NCBI GenBank assembly: GCA_036172245.1
Contig: JAYWIR010000015.1
Location: forward strand, 3,100,001 to 3,164,000
DNA from: Raillietiella orientalis
Lineage: Eukaryota
DNA: 64,000 nt
Direction: 5' to 3'
Under the pieces are notes generated by a model, which was not told where the DNA came from, ran no database searches, and saw nothing but the letters and a program-made list of their open reading frames with translations. The position numbers and the translations under genes are program-made. Within the stretch, counting starts at the first letter, position 1. Every line of letters begins with the position of its first letter. This document shows positions 50,301 to 64,000 of the stretch, one piece after another.

Positions 50301-53300
50301 GATCGAGAAAAACATAAATCCTGAAGATACAAATGCTGTTTTATTCTGTGAAGACATTTATAGTCAGTTGGAATACATAATGAAATGACTCTGACAGTTC
50401 ATTTTTTGGGAAGCGAGTGTATCTCGTGTTACATCAGTATCCTAGATAGTTTCGCAGCTTCATTCCGGAATAAATTCCAAAGTTTTTAATGATACATTTT
50501 GGGAGCGGTTACTAACATTTACTTGCTTTCAGTCCTCTTTCTTCAACAACAGCACATGCACACACAAAAGTAAGCTTGTTCATATCTATTTTTTTTCTAA
50601 ACTTTCATTACTGTTCGTGGAGTGAACTAAAAAACATTCCCCATGCGAATGCTTGAGTAATTTAGAAATTTCGTCTGTTCGCAGATTATATACATTGAGA
50701 TTCCATACAGGATACGTAAAGGCGTAAGGAAAGTGAGATGTAGAGTGGAAAGCTGCGATCGTTACCATTTCGAAAGAAGTTTTCCAATTTAATGGTCATG
50801 TATGAGTGTTTTATGCATGTCTATTTTTCAGTGAGTTCATATCCACTGCTGTCCATTCGATGTTCCAAGAGCTGAAAAAATGATGGCGAAGATTCATAGA
50901 AAGGGAATCATCACGTATGTAACCCTGGAGTGTGAAGTACTGCTAGTTAAGAGTTTTGGAATAGTGAAGTGCACACTTTTGCATTATCGGCGGATTTGGA
51001 ATCCACTGCATGGATTCTCCGATTTTCAAAAGTTCTCCAAAGTTGATAAGTAAATGCAAAACAAAGCAGGAATGCCCTTAATGCTGAATGTAACTCTGCG
51101 ATGACAAGAATAATGATGATCATAAGGACATCATCTTGAAGAACTTTTTTGAATTACGACCCACAAGAGAATCACATACAGTCAGTTCCCGTCGGCTGGC
51201 TACTCTTTATGGAACAAGAACTGGAATTCCGAGTTACACGTCGAGTACTCCATACTACTACTCTATCATGATTACGACTGATATGGAGTAATCAGATAGC
51301 GGATCACATGTTGTAACCGAGAAGAATAGATAGTTCTTCATTCACCTACTCTATACAGTCTGATATGATTTTCTTCCTACAAAACCCCATGTGACATGCG
51401 AAATCTTGATTCTGTGAGTGAACTGAATAACCAGGGAACTGCAATGGTGCTCCAACAGAAAAAGAGCTGCTTTTGTTTTTCATCGCATCTTGAGAAAACC
51501 TAGCATGTGACGTTAGAGCTTACTATCGACTCTTTTCGAGTACTGTTCTTCAGTTCTTTCGAATTTTTAACAGTAACTTCTGCTCAACTGCTTCCGCAGC
51601 TCAATATTTTTGATGTTTTTTCGTGCATATAAAGCAGACAATGCATCGGGTTTCTCGTTCATTTCCAAATTATATTCAAAAGAATTCTAGAAGCGAAAAC
51701 GAAAAGTAATCTAAGAATAACTAAAGCAGCGTGGTCCATGAAGTCCAGTTTTGTGCTCTTTTAAGTCCTTTCAAGTTCTGAAGTAATTGGCAACTAATGA
51801 AATAATTTGAATGACGTGCACAATGTTTTCAGAGGGATCTCAAAGTGGAAACCTGTAACGGGGAAGCCGAAACTATTACAGAATAAATTTTTAGTTCGAA
51901 TCTATAGATACAGATGATGGAGCACTCTGTTCGTATCCTGATCCGATTTCGATTTGTTACGAATAAGAGAAAACTATGAGCACATTTGAAATCAAGGATG
52001 TTTCTTCTGAACCATGAAATGCATTCGTTCGGTTCGAAGACGAGTTTCGAGTTTGTTTCAATTAGCTCTGAGGAATACTCAAAGCTCAAGCTGAGGAGTA
52101 AGTGATGCATAATTTGTCGCTTATACACGATCATGTTGTACTTAGTAAAACCGGCGGCTTGCAGTCACACAGTTACCTGTAATCCTGTCCGTCGCACATA
52201 TCGAAAGATGTTGGACTGCAATCCATGTTCCTGCCGTCATCTGGATATTCAAAGATGGACCTATGCCAAAATTCATAGGTCATTTCCGGCAATCCAAGAG
52301 ATACGAAAAAGTTTTCTGCTGTCTTGTAAATCCGTTGGGGGGAAAAATTCTGCAACGTATTGTTTCTGATAAATACAGTCATTTGTTCCTGAAAAAATGC
52401 ATTGTTCCATGAAACTATCATCTGGCTTAGGAAAATGTCAGAAATGAAACCAAAGCACCCATCGGTCATGGGAGTCATTCCAAGACAACAGTTCTCTTCT
52501 GAAACGTTCAGAGAATCGATGAGCACCCCGAAAATGTAAAATTCTGGTTCAGTCAACTACCAAGTTTCTCAACATGCTTCACACAAAGTGAAAAAAGAAA
52601 ACAGTACATCATATCAAGCTAGTCCTCCCAAATGGGCCCCCTATTGAAAATTTCCTCGACTGTCATGGTTTGAAAATTTTCATCAACAGACTGCAAGGTT
52701 AACGAAAATCCACAACACCTTCTTCCTTTCGTTACAGAAGTGACGTCTCGAAGATTTATTACCGAATTTTTCCAATATTTCCCATTGCACATATCGGAAA
52801 GTACCGGAAATCTTTACGTGACGTTAACAGGCTCAGCAACTTTGTCTTGCGATCATTTTTCGCGTGATTTCAGCACTACATCTTCATTTATTCTCGTGGT
52901 TAATTTTATGCGATTAAGTAATCAGTAAAATTGTGAACCTTTGTACGAACTAATGTTGTACTCAAATGCAGCCTCATTCTCAAAGGATTGTGGAATCAAA
53001 AGCGCTATCGAAAACCAACGAGCAAAGCAAACGGTGCGGTCAAAAACACGCGCGACGTGGTGTAAACTTTTAAAAAAAAATGAATCGTCAAGTATCGGTG
53101 GCGAGAAAAACAACATGCAGCCCAGCGATCGTTGACATCCACTCATGGAGCTCCGATTTGTTTGAGCTTCAACTGATCTTTAGCATATAATTACAAAGAC
53201 TACCATTCACTGGCAATTCCCATTGAGCGAAATCAAGCCTTCTCAGTGCTGATTCCTTGAGAAGGCGCAGTGCTTGACCACCTGCCTGGATCTTTGTGTT

Positions 53301-56300
53301 CACCTGAGGGTCTAAAACTTCGGGAGGTTAGTGCCTAAGGATTACGGATAACGAAACATAACAGTGTTTGAGTTATTAAGCCCTATGGAAGGAAGGCGTT
53401 AATTTAAAGAGAAAAGATTAGCACTTGAATAGCATCCTCTCCGTATTAGCATGAACTGAAAACAACGTGAATTAGAAATGTTTCCACGAATAGAAAAAAC
53501 TAATTGTTGAAAAAGAAACCACCCTTCTCTATAGAAGAATTCAGTTTACTTCAGATGCATCTTCATTCGCATTATTTGAACCCGTCCAGGATAATCTACT
53601 CAGCAGGCATCATGAGCTATAGAGTGGGGGCAGCGTTGATTCCTGGACATAGACCACAGAATAATACTGTGGTCCAATGTAGATTTCAAAGCTATAGCTC
53701 TGTTTCGTTTTTCCGAGATTCCAGACAGAGAACAGCACTTGCGTCCATCTAGAGCAGATGATGGAAGGTACTAGTAACTTCTCATCGAACTCGCCAGCAA
53801 CACGATGGGTACGTTGTGGACTTGCTCCTCAAATGAAAAGCTGTCTTAAAGCAGCTGTTAACACGGATGTGTCTCCTCACACAAACATCTCCCGCAGCCA
53901 AAGTTGAATTAAACTTTCCTTCAGTCCCATTTCCTTGTTCACTTGGTCTGCACAATACTTGCAGTCAGATTCGCAAAACGGTTCTTGCATGTGCAGCATA
54001 TTTTTCTGTCCTGTAGAAAAAACGCGATTTGGATCATCGTCTTTGGATGCATGTGAATGAAGAGTGATGATTTATGAGAAAACCTCCGAATGGTTTGAAC
54101 ATTGTGTAGTACTACGAGTCGAGTTAAAGCTAAATTTTGTAAGTCCAACAGCTGATTTTGTAAACGAATTTTCACCTAATAAGACACAGATACGGATTCT
54201 TTTCGATACTCTTTCACATTCTTTTCACATACTCTTTTACAGCAGATATAAGAACAGAGACTTTAAAAGATTCACTGAAACAAGATCAGCAGGAATCTCC
54301 ATTAATTCCGGATTCTTGTCTTACTTGATACAATAAAAGGAGATGAAGCAACATTAGAAGCGGTAGAAATCAAAGACTAGAGGAAATCTTGGATTTGCAA
54401 ATATGGAGGAAGACTGATGTTGGTCTCTGTGAACGTAAAAGGTCCATTGAAGGAGCCATAAGATTTTGTTCCTTCGTCATGAATCCGTAGCGAGCCTTCG
54501 TCAGACAGTTGACGAAGACTTTGTGAAGGTTTCGAGCGACTGAAGGGCTAATTTAAGGAAAACATCTTTGAGCTATTTGAAAAATTCTTAACGTTCTCTG
54601 CACACTGCGGACTCCATTCAAGAATTTATCCATTCAAGAATGTTTGCCTCGAAGAAGCATCACATCCTTCTCATTCACCTGATCTCTCCCCAAGAGGATT
54701 TTCTTTATTCCTGGCGAATCAAAATGAAATCGAAAGGTACGGAATGACCTGATAACATTCCATTTATACAATAATGATAAGAACTCAATGAGCCCTCGCA
54801 TAACTTCCACGACTGGTAGAAGTACTTGATCACGATACACCTTCATGGGGAGCTCAATGTGGGGGCTGCTTTTAAAAGTATCCTGAGTCCGCTCTTCTTT
54901 TAAGGGAAGGATAACTCTTATAACTTTCTGATCATCCTTTTCCTCCTTCCGTATGACAATCCTTTCAGACAGAAGTCCTGTCCTTCTCATTTGGGAAACG
55001 CAAGCATCAAAAAGTTTTGCTCTACCCTTTTAGATGTACTCAACATGTGCTGACAGAAAACTTTTGAAGATCCACTAGTCCTTATTAATCTCAGTCGTTT
55101 TTCTTCTAGTAAGCGGGGATTCATAGTTTCAAATTTGCCTACTCAAGCTCCATTGTCTCAAACTTTTTCAGGCAATAGGCGAACAGCGAAACAGGAGTAA
55201 TCTTTATCGTCTTGGAAACGAGATCCCTAATGTGCTTGCACTTCTCTATGACGGACTCTGTTTTCCAAAAATCTCTCATGAATGTCACCGTGCCAATAGC
55301 TTTGTGCTCTTGTTTCTCATGGAGAGGCTTTCTTGATGCAAATACGTATCAACGATTCCAATCTGTTTCACACCTCTCATTCAAGTTCCGACCTGGTCGT
55401 GCAGTCGAATATTCCTGCCATGCCACACATAATACCGAAAACCCTCCCTGTTCAGCATAAGGGATTCTACTGAAGTCTTTTCTTAGATTCTTAACGAACG
55501 GGAGTTCCAAAGAGAAGTTAGAACCGAAACATCACTAAATCTAAATCTGAGTCCGGAGACCGAGATGGATTTCGGCAAAGTGATTCAATAATTTCGCTTC
55601 TTACTAATCCTAAATCCAGCAAATTTGCTCTCTTCAGCTAGGAGAGCATTTGTTTGCGAAAGCTTATGGAGCTTAATATAGTAGGCGTTAGCAAGATTTG
55701 AGTTATGCTTAGGTTAATCAAAATGCAATACAGTTCTGGGATTCCTTGAAAGAAAAATATAATTTGAAAACTAAATTAGAGTACTAAAGACACGATTACA
55801 CTTGCAGATGGTATTGGGAAATAATCGATTTATCAAACTGGCCTTTATCGACAAGGAAAGCTGGTTAAAAAATTTTCCGTTTCGAAGAAGCCAGTGACCC
55901 TTGCGATCCTAAATGTCAGCATGACCATCGAGTGTACTAACAGAGAGCTATCTCAATCTCTTTTTGCCCTATACTCAAAGTTTCGCTTTTAAATCAGTTT
56001 GAGTTTTGTTCCTTATGTCTCCCCATTTCGCAAACTAACCAGCAAGCTAGCTCATAGCAAATCAACGCACACAACAAATTGCAAAGCAAACCATGGAACA
56101 TTTTCCATTCTATACATTCTGAACAACGCCCTTATCACCCCTACTACAAACTACCCCACTATAACATTATTTTGTCTATCCTTTGCCCTCTTACTGTCTT
56201 TCAATGGAATGCCTCATCGCCTTGAATTCTATTAATATCATTACCATTAACTCCTTATTCTCAACCATCACTCCCTTCGTCTCATTTGTCATCTCTTAAC

Positions 56301-57573
56301 AGGCAATAAGACTTAAACCTGACACATACTTCTCTGTAACTGAGAATGTTCTCTCCTCAACCATCCCGTCTTCTATTGCCACGCACTTTCCCGATATACC
56401 TTAGGTAAACTGGCGCGTGAGGAAGGAGGAGCAGAATTACCATGTGATAGAGCTTTTTGTTCAGATCATAGGACGATTTTCCCGAAGCGAGATAGAGCCA
56501 TTTTTCCAACGTATTCCAGGACTGTCCCCAGACGCTTGCTGAAGAAGGTAAACAGAAATGTGGTCTCCGGCTCGAGAAGGAACGCTTTCCGACTGACCCA
56601 GAAGATGAGCAGGAATGTAACCTCCTCTGTGATGCTGTGGTGCGGCGGAACCATGTACGCGCTGCAACTCTCCCCGTATGAAGGCGTGGAGCTGCTCGTA
56701 TAAAGGTTTCACCTTGCCTAAGATTACCGACGTTTCATGAAGAATCTCTGGAAACTGATAGATAGATATCTGCTCTTCAGCTGCATTTGCGTATCCTTGT
56801 ATGGAAAAATTGTTTTGTTTTGTTTTTTTTTTTTCATGACAAGAGAAATGATTTACCATACATTCTGGCTACTTCATTGCTGACCAGTACGAATTCCTCG
56901 TACCAGGGTCGCACAACGCGACCTGATTTCTCTTGCCACTTGGTCCAGTACCATAACATTTCGTCCTCGTCGTTGCTTCCTGCCATCAGAGCATGCAGTT
57001 TATCTAAAGGAATGTCGCAATCCCCATTGCGGTAACCGCACACTTTGGCCATAGCATAAACATTCGTCATCTGAGTCGACAGCGAAACCATCTGAACAGA
57101 GTTCTCAAAGAACCGGGTAGGAAGCGGAGAGGTTTACCCTTTCCGACTGAGCAGTTCGTGAATCGTAATCAACATCAGCACTCTGCACGAAATAATTTAT
57201 GTGCTCCACTAGCATGGAGTCTTCAAATTCTTCAGCGTTCACGTCCAGGAGCAGCTCGTGCATTTCGTGAAAGAACCTGTCATAATCTCCGTTGGCTTCT
57301 TCCTGATGAGAAAGGTGAGAGAATCATAAAGTATGCACCTGGCACTAATCCGATGCATACCCACACAGCAATGGTGTAGTCACTAATATCGACTTCATAA
57401 TTGAAATTAGCGAGACGTAATTTATTGCAATAGTGTTGATGCAACCTATCGACACGCACCATGTACTTTTTCATCTCTTCTTCGTAGTCACATGAAGTTT
57501 TTACGACAACGAGGCAAAATACAAACGACAAGCAAAAAGCAGTAGACGGTTTCGTGATTACAGTTCTATGCAT
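47381..57573 (-). CDS. Angiotensin-converting enzyme-like peptidase (family M2), single domain, signal peptide, ~632 aa, 11 coding exons
   Basis: Phase-consistent exons 57361-57573, 57138-57302, 56857-57091, 56598-56795, 56441-56538, 52177-52349, 49430-49554, 49088-49334, 48365-48463, 48179-48319, 47381-47585. Motifs: hydrophobic N-terminus, KPLYEQLHAFIR, IPAHLL, AENFFVSLGL, HHEMGH (49491-49508), NPGFHEAIGE, FQFHKALC, PLLEYFQPLKTWL, VGW. No TM helix seen before the stop. Confidence 0.93.
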
Positions 57574-60500
57574 CAAGTACACCTGGAGATTCTGGAAGGC
57601 AATCCCCTATTATCATCAAAAACTACTTTCCTTTTCTTTACGATCGTAATCACGGAGAGTAGTGGTGAAAAGTGCAAAGTGGTAATTAACAGCAAATTAA
57701 CGACAAAGAACACGGTATTGCACAGAACATTTGCCTCGGCTATTTTTATTGCTGCATTCGTTCCCCCCTCCCTCCTTCCCTCCCCCCCCCCCCTCCCCGC
57801 GCGCCCGCCTACTCTTCCCCCCTAGTCCTCCCGATCCTTTGAACTTTCGAAGTTTCACCCTGCACACACAGAAGTGCAGAACACTGTCCTCTCCACGAAA
57901 AGTTTCACAAACGGATTCGTGAAAGGCATTCAACTTTTGATTCCAAACGAACAAACTTTTTCTCATCGCGCGCGTATAGACGTAAATGCAGTAAACGCGT
58001 GCACAAAAGCATATGCGTATGTATACAACTCTTGAATTACAATACTAATATAGTGATACGCAAGCACATGTACACACTCTTATAAAACTGAATCAAATAG
58101 ACACTGATTCGAAAATACATTAAGATTCTTTGGATAGTTCCACACGCAAAATACAAAATACTTAAAATGCAAGCCAGCTAAATGAAGCACAATGTACCAA
58201 ATATTAAAAACAACTCTAGGTCAGAATAAAATTAACCAAAGATTGATCCAATAATTTAATGAAACAGATTTGATCGGGAAATTTTTTTCTCGCTTCACAG
58301 GCAAAGCACGAGCAGAGCAATTTGAAAAAAGATTCAGAACCAGACTTTCTTGTACTTCTTCCTATTGTTACATTAGAAAATTATAAACACAAATTAGATA
58401 CTTCCCATACACAAAATTTTTATAATTTTAACTCAGAAAGTGAATGATCGCAGTTACTGCACCAAGCAGTGACTGGGGCACCGATGTCACCATGGAAAAA
58501 CGTTTTTCGATGCTAAAGTGGTGGTAGGCTTATCAAACAGATACAATCAGGCTTTGCCTTCCTTTTCATGCCTAAGATGCATTTTCACAAGCGAGTGGAA
58601 GAAATGATTGAGAGAAATTGAACGAAAATCCCGAACATCAACCCAGCTCGCTTCTTTTTCAAATATGTGTATTATGATGGCCTGCCAAAAAATATGCAAT
58701 ATATTGCGTTCACTTGGCTTCACTTATTACTGGACACATTTTATCCCCTTTCTCTTTAAAGAGCTGTTTATCGCTCTGAAGAATTTGCTTCGTAGTTTTG
58801 AAAAATTTAGAAAACTCTTGAATCCTCTACATGAATACAATGTTTCAACATCTTTATTATGAACGATGCTTATAATAATAAATAATCATCACAGACTTGA
58901 GTAGATAATGTTATAATCGTTTGCGGGCCCATCACAGTCTGAAGTGTTGAAAATAATGTTTCTCTTTTCAAGTTTTTGCTCGCTGAGGTGTAGCTGAAAA
59001 CACCTTGAAAAAAATGCAAGCTAATCTGTGAGGCTAAATACACGGAGCATGAGACTGTTCTTGCGTTACAGTTCCAAACAGCAAACAAATTACTACTTGA
59101 GAATTGTACTACGTAAAATGAATTCGAAAAATCAAGAGGCATTTTTTTCCTGTGTATGCATGTATGTGATCAGTTATTCCTCTTGTGTACCGAACTGGTA
59201 GATACCTTTTTATCAATGCCTACTTGTTATCAGTATCTGAAACAATTCCGTATAAGGTTGGCTCGGGTCCTTCACTCGTTGATCGAATGACCGTCAACTG
59301 CCTTCTCTCTTACACAGGAGTTGTTACTCAACTCGAGGCTTTTACTTCATTTTCATGATTTCTTTATTCAGTTTTCTAACGACTCCATGTCTAGCAATAT
59401 TGCTAACTTTTCGATCCTGTTTTCGTTGTTGCTAACACTGGTAGTAAACATCACTTAATCAGCAAAGCATTTACTTGCATTTCTAGTTTATTTCCAGATA
59501 TTTTCAGTAAATTTTTTCTAAAATTACAACCGTTGACTCATGATGAGAATCCCGAATTTACTTTGTTTGATTTTTGAGTTGTTTGTTTTCTTAATCCAAG
59601 TAATGATTCGACAATTAAAGTTGCAATTTTGCTGATCTGGTTCCTTTATCCATTTCTATTCAAGTTAACCTTTAATTTTAAACCCATTCCATAAAAGCTT
59701 GTTCGGATTACTAAATGCGTCTTGTGAACATTTGCGAAAGATTAATGTAGCAAAAGAACCAAGATCAAAACGACTTTAAAGTTCGACTCCTTAAAATTAT
59801 CAGCTTGTAATACGCCCAGAGATGATCCAATGGAGTCTGAGATACTGGAATTTTCTTTCTGAATATACGTTTTTTTCCCTGTAGATCATAGGTAAGCAAT
59901 CATTAGATTTTTTTTATGAGAATGAAGTAGCTTGTGTTGTTTCTATAAAGTTTTCAAGTAAAGTCATGCTTTAAAGCTTTTCTCGAAGCTCTCATACCAG
60001 ATCGAATGGCCGAATAGGTTAAGTTAATTCAATACGTGAAAAATTCTATTTTTTTCTCTCCTCCGTAGATGAATGCAAGAAAGATTTGGTGTAAAAATGA
60101 AAATCATAAAACTTATTTACAAGCATTATTTTCCCCGTGGTCATCTTTTTCTGAGACCTTCTGCCAGCTGGAAACCCATATTTGCTTTCGGCAAAAGCCA
60201 TGTTGAAACTCATCATCACTTTTGGCGCTCGCCCGCGAATGTTCCTCATTGGTTGGCCAAACAGGATGAATGTCTACTTGACGCTGCTGAAAGCACACTG
60301 CATGTGGTGAGTAGATGGGTTAGGTGACACAACTCAGGACTCATGGACTTTCTAATGTCTTTTACTGTCCGCAAACTAGTAAGCAGTCTGACCTATCGTG
60401 CAAGGGACCATATTTCTTTTTCTTAAAAATTGTTTTGTTGAGTCTATGGACTCTTTTAAAGGTCGAGACGTACTCCCGGTTGTTGCTTTCATCTCTATAA

Positions 60501-63500
60501 TGCAAACCAGATTACCTGCTATTATATCCCAGAGATCGAAAGGCTGCTTATGTCTCGTCATCCAGATTAGCATCCTCCTCGTTTGGCGAGCTAACATGCT
60601 TCCCTTACCCTTCCAGCTGTGCTTCTAACAATATTGCAGCATCCATGACCATGTTCCAGGCTTGTATAAGGAAGAATTGAGTACTCTTCACGCGTTATGA
60701 AAACGATGACAGCTCTCTGCGCTTTGCTATGGCATTTGATAGGACAACCTGCTACTGTATTCAAATCGAAAGCTAAATCCTCAGAAATAAAACACATCAA
60801 GTTACGTCCTTTGGAATCTGAAGAAGGATGTGGATGAAGCTTACTGCAGTGACCCTTAGTATCTGATATTTCAACTCGATCGCTTTGTCTTCACTGTTTC
60901 TCGAGCCAGAGCAATTACCACTAATTTATTCGTTTTGCGACTCACTGTAGCTCCCATAGGGTGCTGTGAGGAAGTTTTGATGGACACATTTCATTAACGG
61001 ACAGGGTTAGCACAAGAATCGCCTTGTACTGGTACGGTTGATAGAATTTTGAGTGGACAAGTGGATGCACACCTAAAAGAGAATTCCAGATCGGAAGTTG
61101 GAGAGATGGATTTCAAAGCATTGCTTTATGCGCCATTATTGCTTCCAAAGGCTTCCCAAATCCCCTTTTTCCTGAAAAGATTATGTTGCAAGTGCAAAAG
61201 GAAAGAAAATTTTTGTTTTTGACATGAATTGGCAAAATGGTGTTTGTACGCAGGATTTCCGCAACAATCAAATCGAAGCAGCTTCATGTGGTTTCGGGAA
61301 TACAGAAAACACCGGAGGCACAGAATGACCGCAAATGTCCCGACACAGGATCTTTACACGAAAATTACCGTATACCTTGCTTCCAAACGATGGAGGTTTA
61401 CCCTCACGTTCGTGCAGTGTGTTGCAGACTTCATTTGCATTCCCCACGTCTTCAAGCCACTGTCCTGTCTCCGACGACTGCCATTCCTCTAGACTTCAGT
61501 GCTTCCAGAGACCGAGTTGATCCTGCGTGCTGTAGTACTTCGTGCTGGAGGTGCCGATTTCGGGCGTCCCTCCTTTCCGTTGATCCCCTTCCTCACGCGA
61601 AATCGCCGCATCTTCTGGACGAAACAGAAAGCCCGGATGCTGGTGCTCCCAGCCGACCCTTTCTCTGCTAACAGAATCTTGCAAAAAGTCTGCGAATCAC
61701 GTGGAGTGATGACTCCCTTTTCACAGCGACGTCGCCGATAGCATCTCCGAGATCGAAGAGAAAAAAGTCGAAGGCTTCTCAGACATATCAGATCGATTTG
61801 CAATGTGTGCTGCAGCAGTGGCCGTTTTTCCCAACTAGCAGGGAACAGATAGTTTCAAGGTAGACCTCCCAATTCCAGAGCAGTTTTTTTTGGCGGTATG
61901 AGAATTTCGGAGGAACAGGAGTGCATAAGGACGGAGAAGGTGAAACGAAAGTAGCTGAAGTGGATCGAAGGAACCACGGTCGCTACTTTGCCCAGGACAA
62001 GAAAGAGTGCCCACCTTCCTTGGCACTTGGAGGAAATTTTTCTACCGCACCGAATTTCACCGGTGGGGACAATCCCTGAGACATGCTGCCGCATGTGGCA
62101 GGGATCAGCTAACTCGGCGAAGGTTTCTGCGAGTTGCACAAGGTTTTTGCTTTGTTCCTCACGTTGCTCATTCCAGTTCTATCCCGCGCCTCTGTCCGTC
62201 CCCCTCTCCTCGTTTCCATGGAAGTTTCCACTCATAGGTCCATGGTACCCTCTCCAGCGAGGATATCATAGACCTAAGAGACTTCACGAGACATTGCAAC
62301 TGCCATCCCGCTAATCCGAGGGAACCACAGCCACCGTTTCAAGATCCTATGTCTATTGTTCTTATTAGACCACTGGGCCTCCTGACTCGTAATAGGACTG
62401 TGATAAGGCGTGTTGTCGTGAGAATCCATCACCTTCATCCTCTGTGTGTAAGTCGATCGCCGTGGAACAAAACAGAATGGATTTTCGGTAGTCATGGTAC
62501 AGTTCTGACGATAAGGGAGAGTCATAACTTGAACCCAAAGTCGCTAAAGGGTAATTTTGAGATTTTCCAAGTCGTCGAGTAGAGTTTTCAACTTTCTAGT
62601 TGCTTGTGCATCTTCTGCTAAGTGTCCATTATTGTCCCCGTCCCACACCCTCAAAGTCTAGATTCGAAATAGGCATATTGCTATCACTGAACTGCTCGCT
62701 GATTTTATAAACGCGGACACTTGGTCTTCGTTTTCGTTATCGCTCTCCTCCCACTGATTTCATCTCTATTTGATCTCATTGGTAGTCGGTTAAGTTACTT
62801 GAAGACCTTCGGAGTTACTCAAATTTATAAATTGAAAAAAAATGCCAAGTGATACGAAGAGGGAAAGCTGTAGTTGTGTGAATTTGAACAAGGAACATCC
62901 CGTTGTCTGTATTGTACAAATTTGAAAGCTTTGGTTTGAAAGACCACAACACGAAAAAGGTCAATATTCAGTTAAGTACTTCTAAAAATTCAATTTCTAT
63001 CCAAAAATAAATATGGAAGATCGAACGGAATGAAAATGAAAATAGACAAAGTTTCAGCTTTAAAGGCCTGGCAGTTTTCAGAGCTGCACGACAGCCACAT
63101 AGATTTCATACTTACACACATATGCATTCCTAAAAATTGAAAAACACTCAAAAACCATGCTTAACCAGAATTTTAGAAACAGACTAGACTAGAATAGAGC
63201 CAGAATTCTAGGAAAAAAAACTTGATGCAAAACTATTATGGACTCCTTTCCATGCTTTTCTATAAGTCTGTAAGCCCTGGCAAATCTGTTCAGCTGTTGA
63301 ACTCTTGCTAATCGACGAAACTTCTTGACCGTGAAATCGATGCTGTGATTCCACACATAAGCAACAAAAAATGCTTTCCATATTCAGGGAATTTTCCGAT
63401 TTACAATCTGTTTAGTATAGGCAACTTGCCTTGGTGGAAATCACAGTAACAGAACAAAACTCGAAGCTTCTTTTGAAGTATTATAGCTTAGTGGAAATTC

Positions 63501-64000
63501 GATCAGAGGACAAGTAGCAAAGTTCTTTATATGCATAACACAAATGAATACAGTTTCGTGCTCTCGTTCAGATAGCTGTTCGCGCTCTGTTAAAATTGCC
63601 AGCCAGTGCTTCACTTCTCCTATTATGTAATTGTATCGACCTGTGCTTAACTCTATGAGGTACTTATCATCTATGGTACCATGAAAAAATCTCGAGTGTC
63701 TTCAGGTAACTAATCTTCGAAGTCTTATTTATGAAATCCTAATCATTGGCTTAGGGCAACTGTCTGTTATTACTTCTCTCTATGGCTAACATTGAATTCC
63801 AGCGGCATAGCAAGAAGAAACATGAAAGCAGTTTGGAAAATCAATACAGTAAAAATCATACATATGTGATATTCAAAATCTGCGAAAAATTCAAGTTGCC
63901 ACGCAAAAAAGAAAAAAAAAGAAATAAAATATAAGATATGCAGAATATACTGCTTTGCACAGACAGATCAAGAATATAAAAATTCAAACAGTACAAACAG

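Noticed and set aside
54634..54990. 118-aa minus-strand ORF in an ACE intron, vaguely like a decayed retroelement fragment
   Set aside because: No RT, endonuclease or transposase motif and no terminal repeats identified; needs a Dfam/RepeatMasker search.
61229..62582. Moderately GC-rich patch with exon-like segments upstream of the ACE-like gene
   Set aside because: Splice-like signals are present, but there is no recognisable product or convincing multi-exon frame.
1..64000. Prokaryotic systems (CRISPR arrays, operons, defence islands), rRNA or tRNA genes
   Set aside because: Sequence is spliced eukaryotic DNA; no repeat-spacer array or structural RNA gene was recognised by eye.

Overview
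Eukaryotic, intron-containing genomic DNA, most likely arthropod (inferred from the SmydA-type SET/MYND genes). Manual splice-phase reconstruction supports seven genes. (1) SCAPER on the minus strand, 16 exons in the window, running off the left edge. (2) SMIM15 (+), head-to-head with SCAPER. (3) NDUFAF2 (-), tail-to-tail with SMIM15, the same pairing as in human. (4-6) Three tandem SmydA-like SET-MYND paralogues (+) with shared exon structure; all three lack the catalytic SET tyrosine and read EHSC instead of NHSC, so they look like pseudo-methyltransferases. (7) A single-domain, probably secreted ACE-family (M2) metallopeptidase (-) with intact zinc ligands, remodelled substrate and chloride sites, and one GC-AG intron. 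Composition is strongly compartmentalised: an AT-rich, CpG-poor block (~11.4-24.3 kb) covers the housekeeping genes and its edge falls inside SCAPER. Most of the supplied six-frame ORFs are spurious products of GC-rich intronic or intergenic DNA. Gene identities come from remembered family motifs; no database searches were run.
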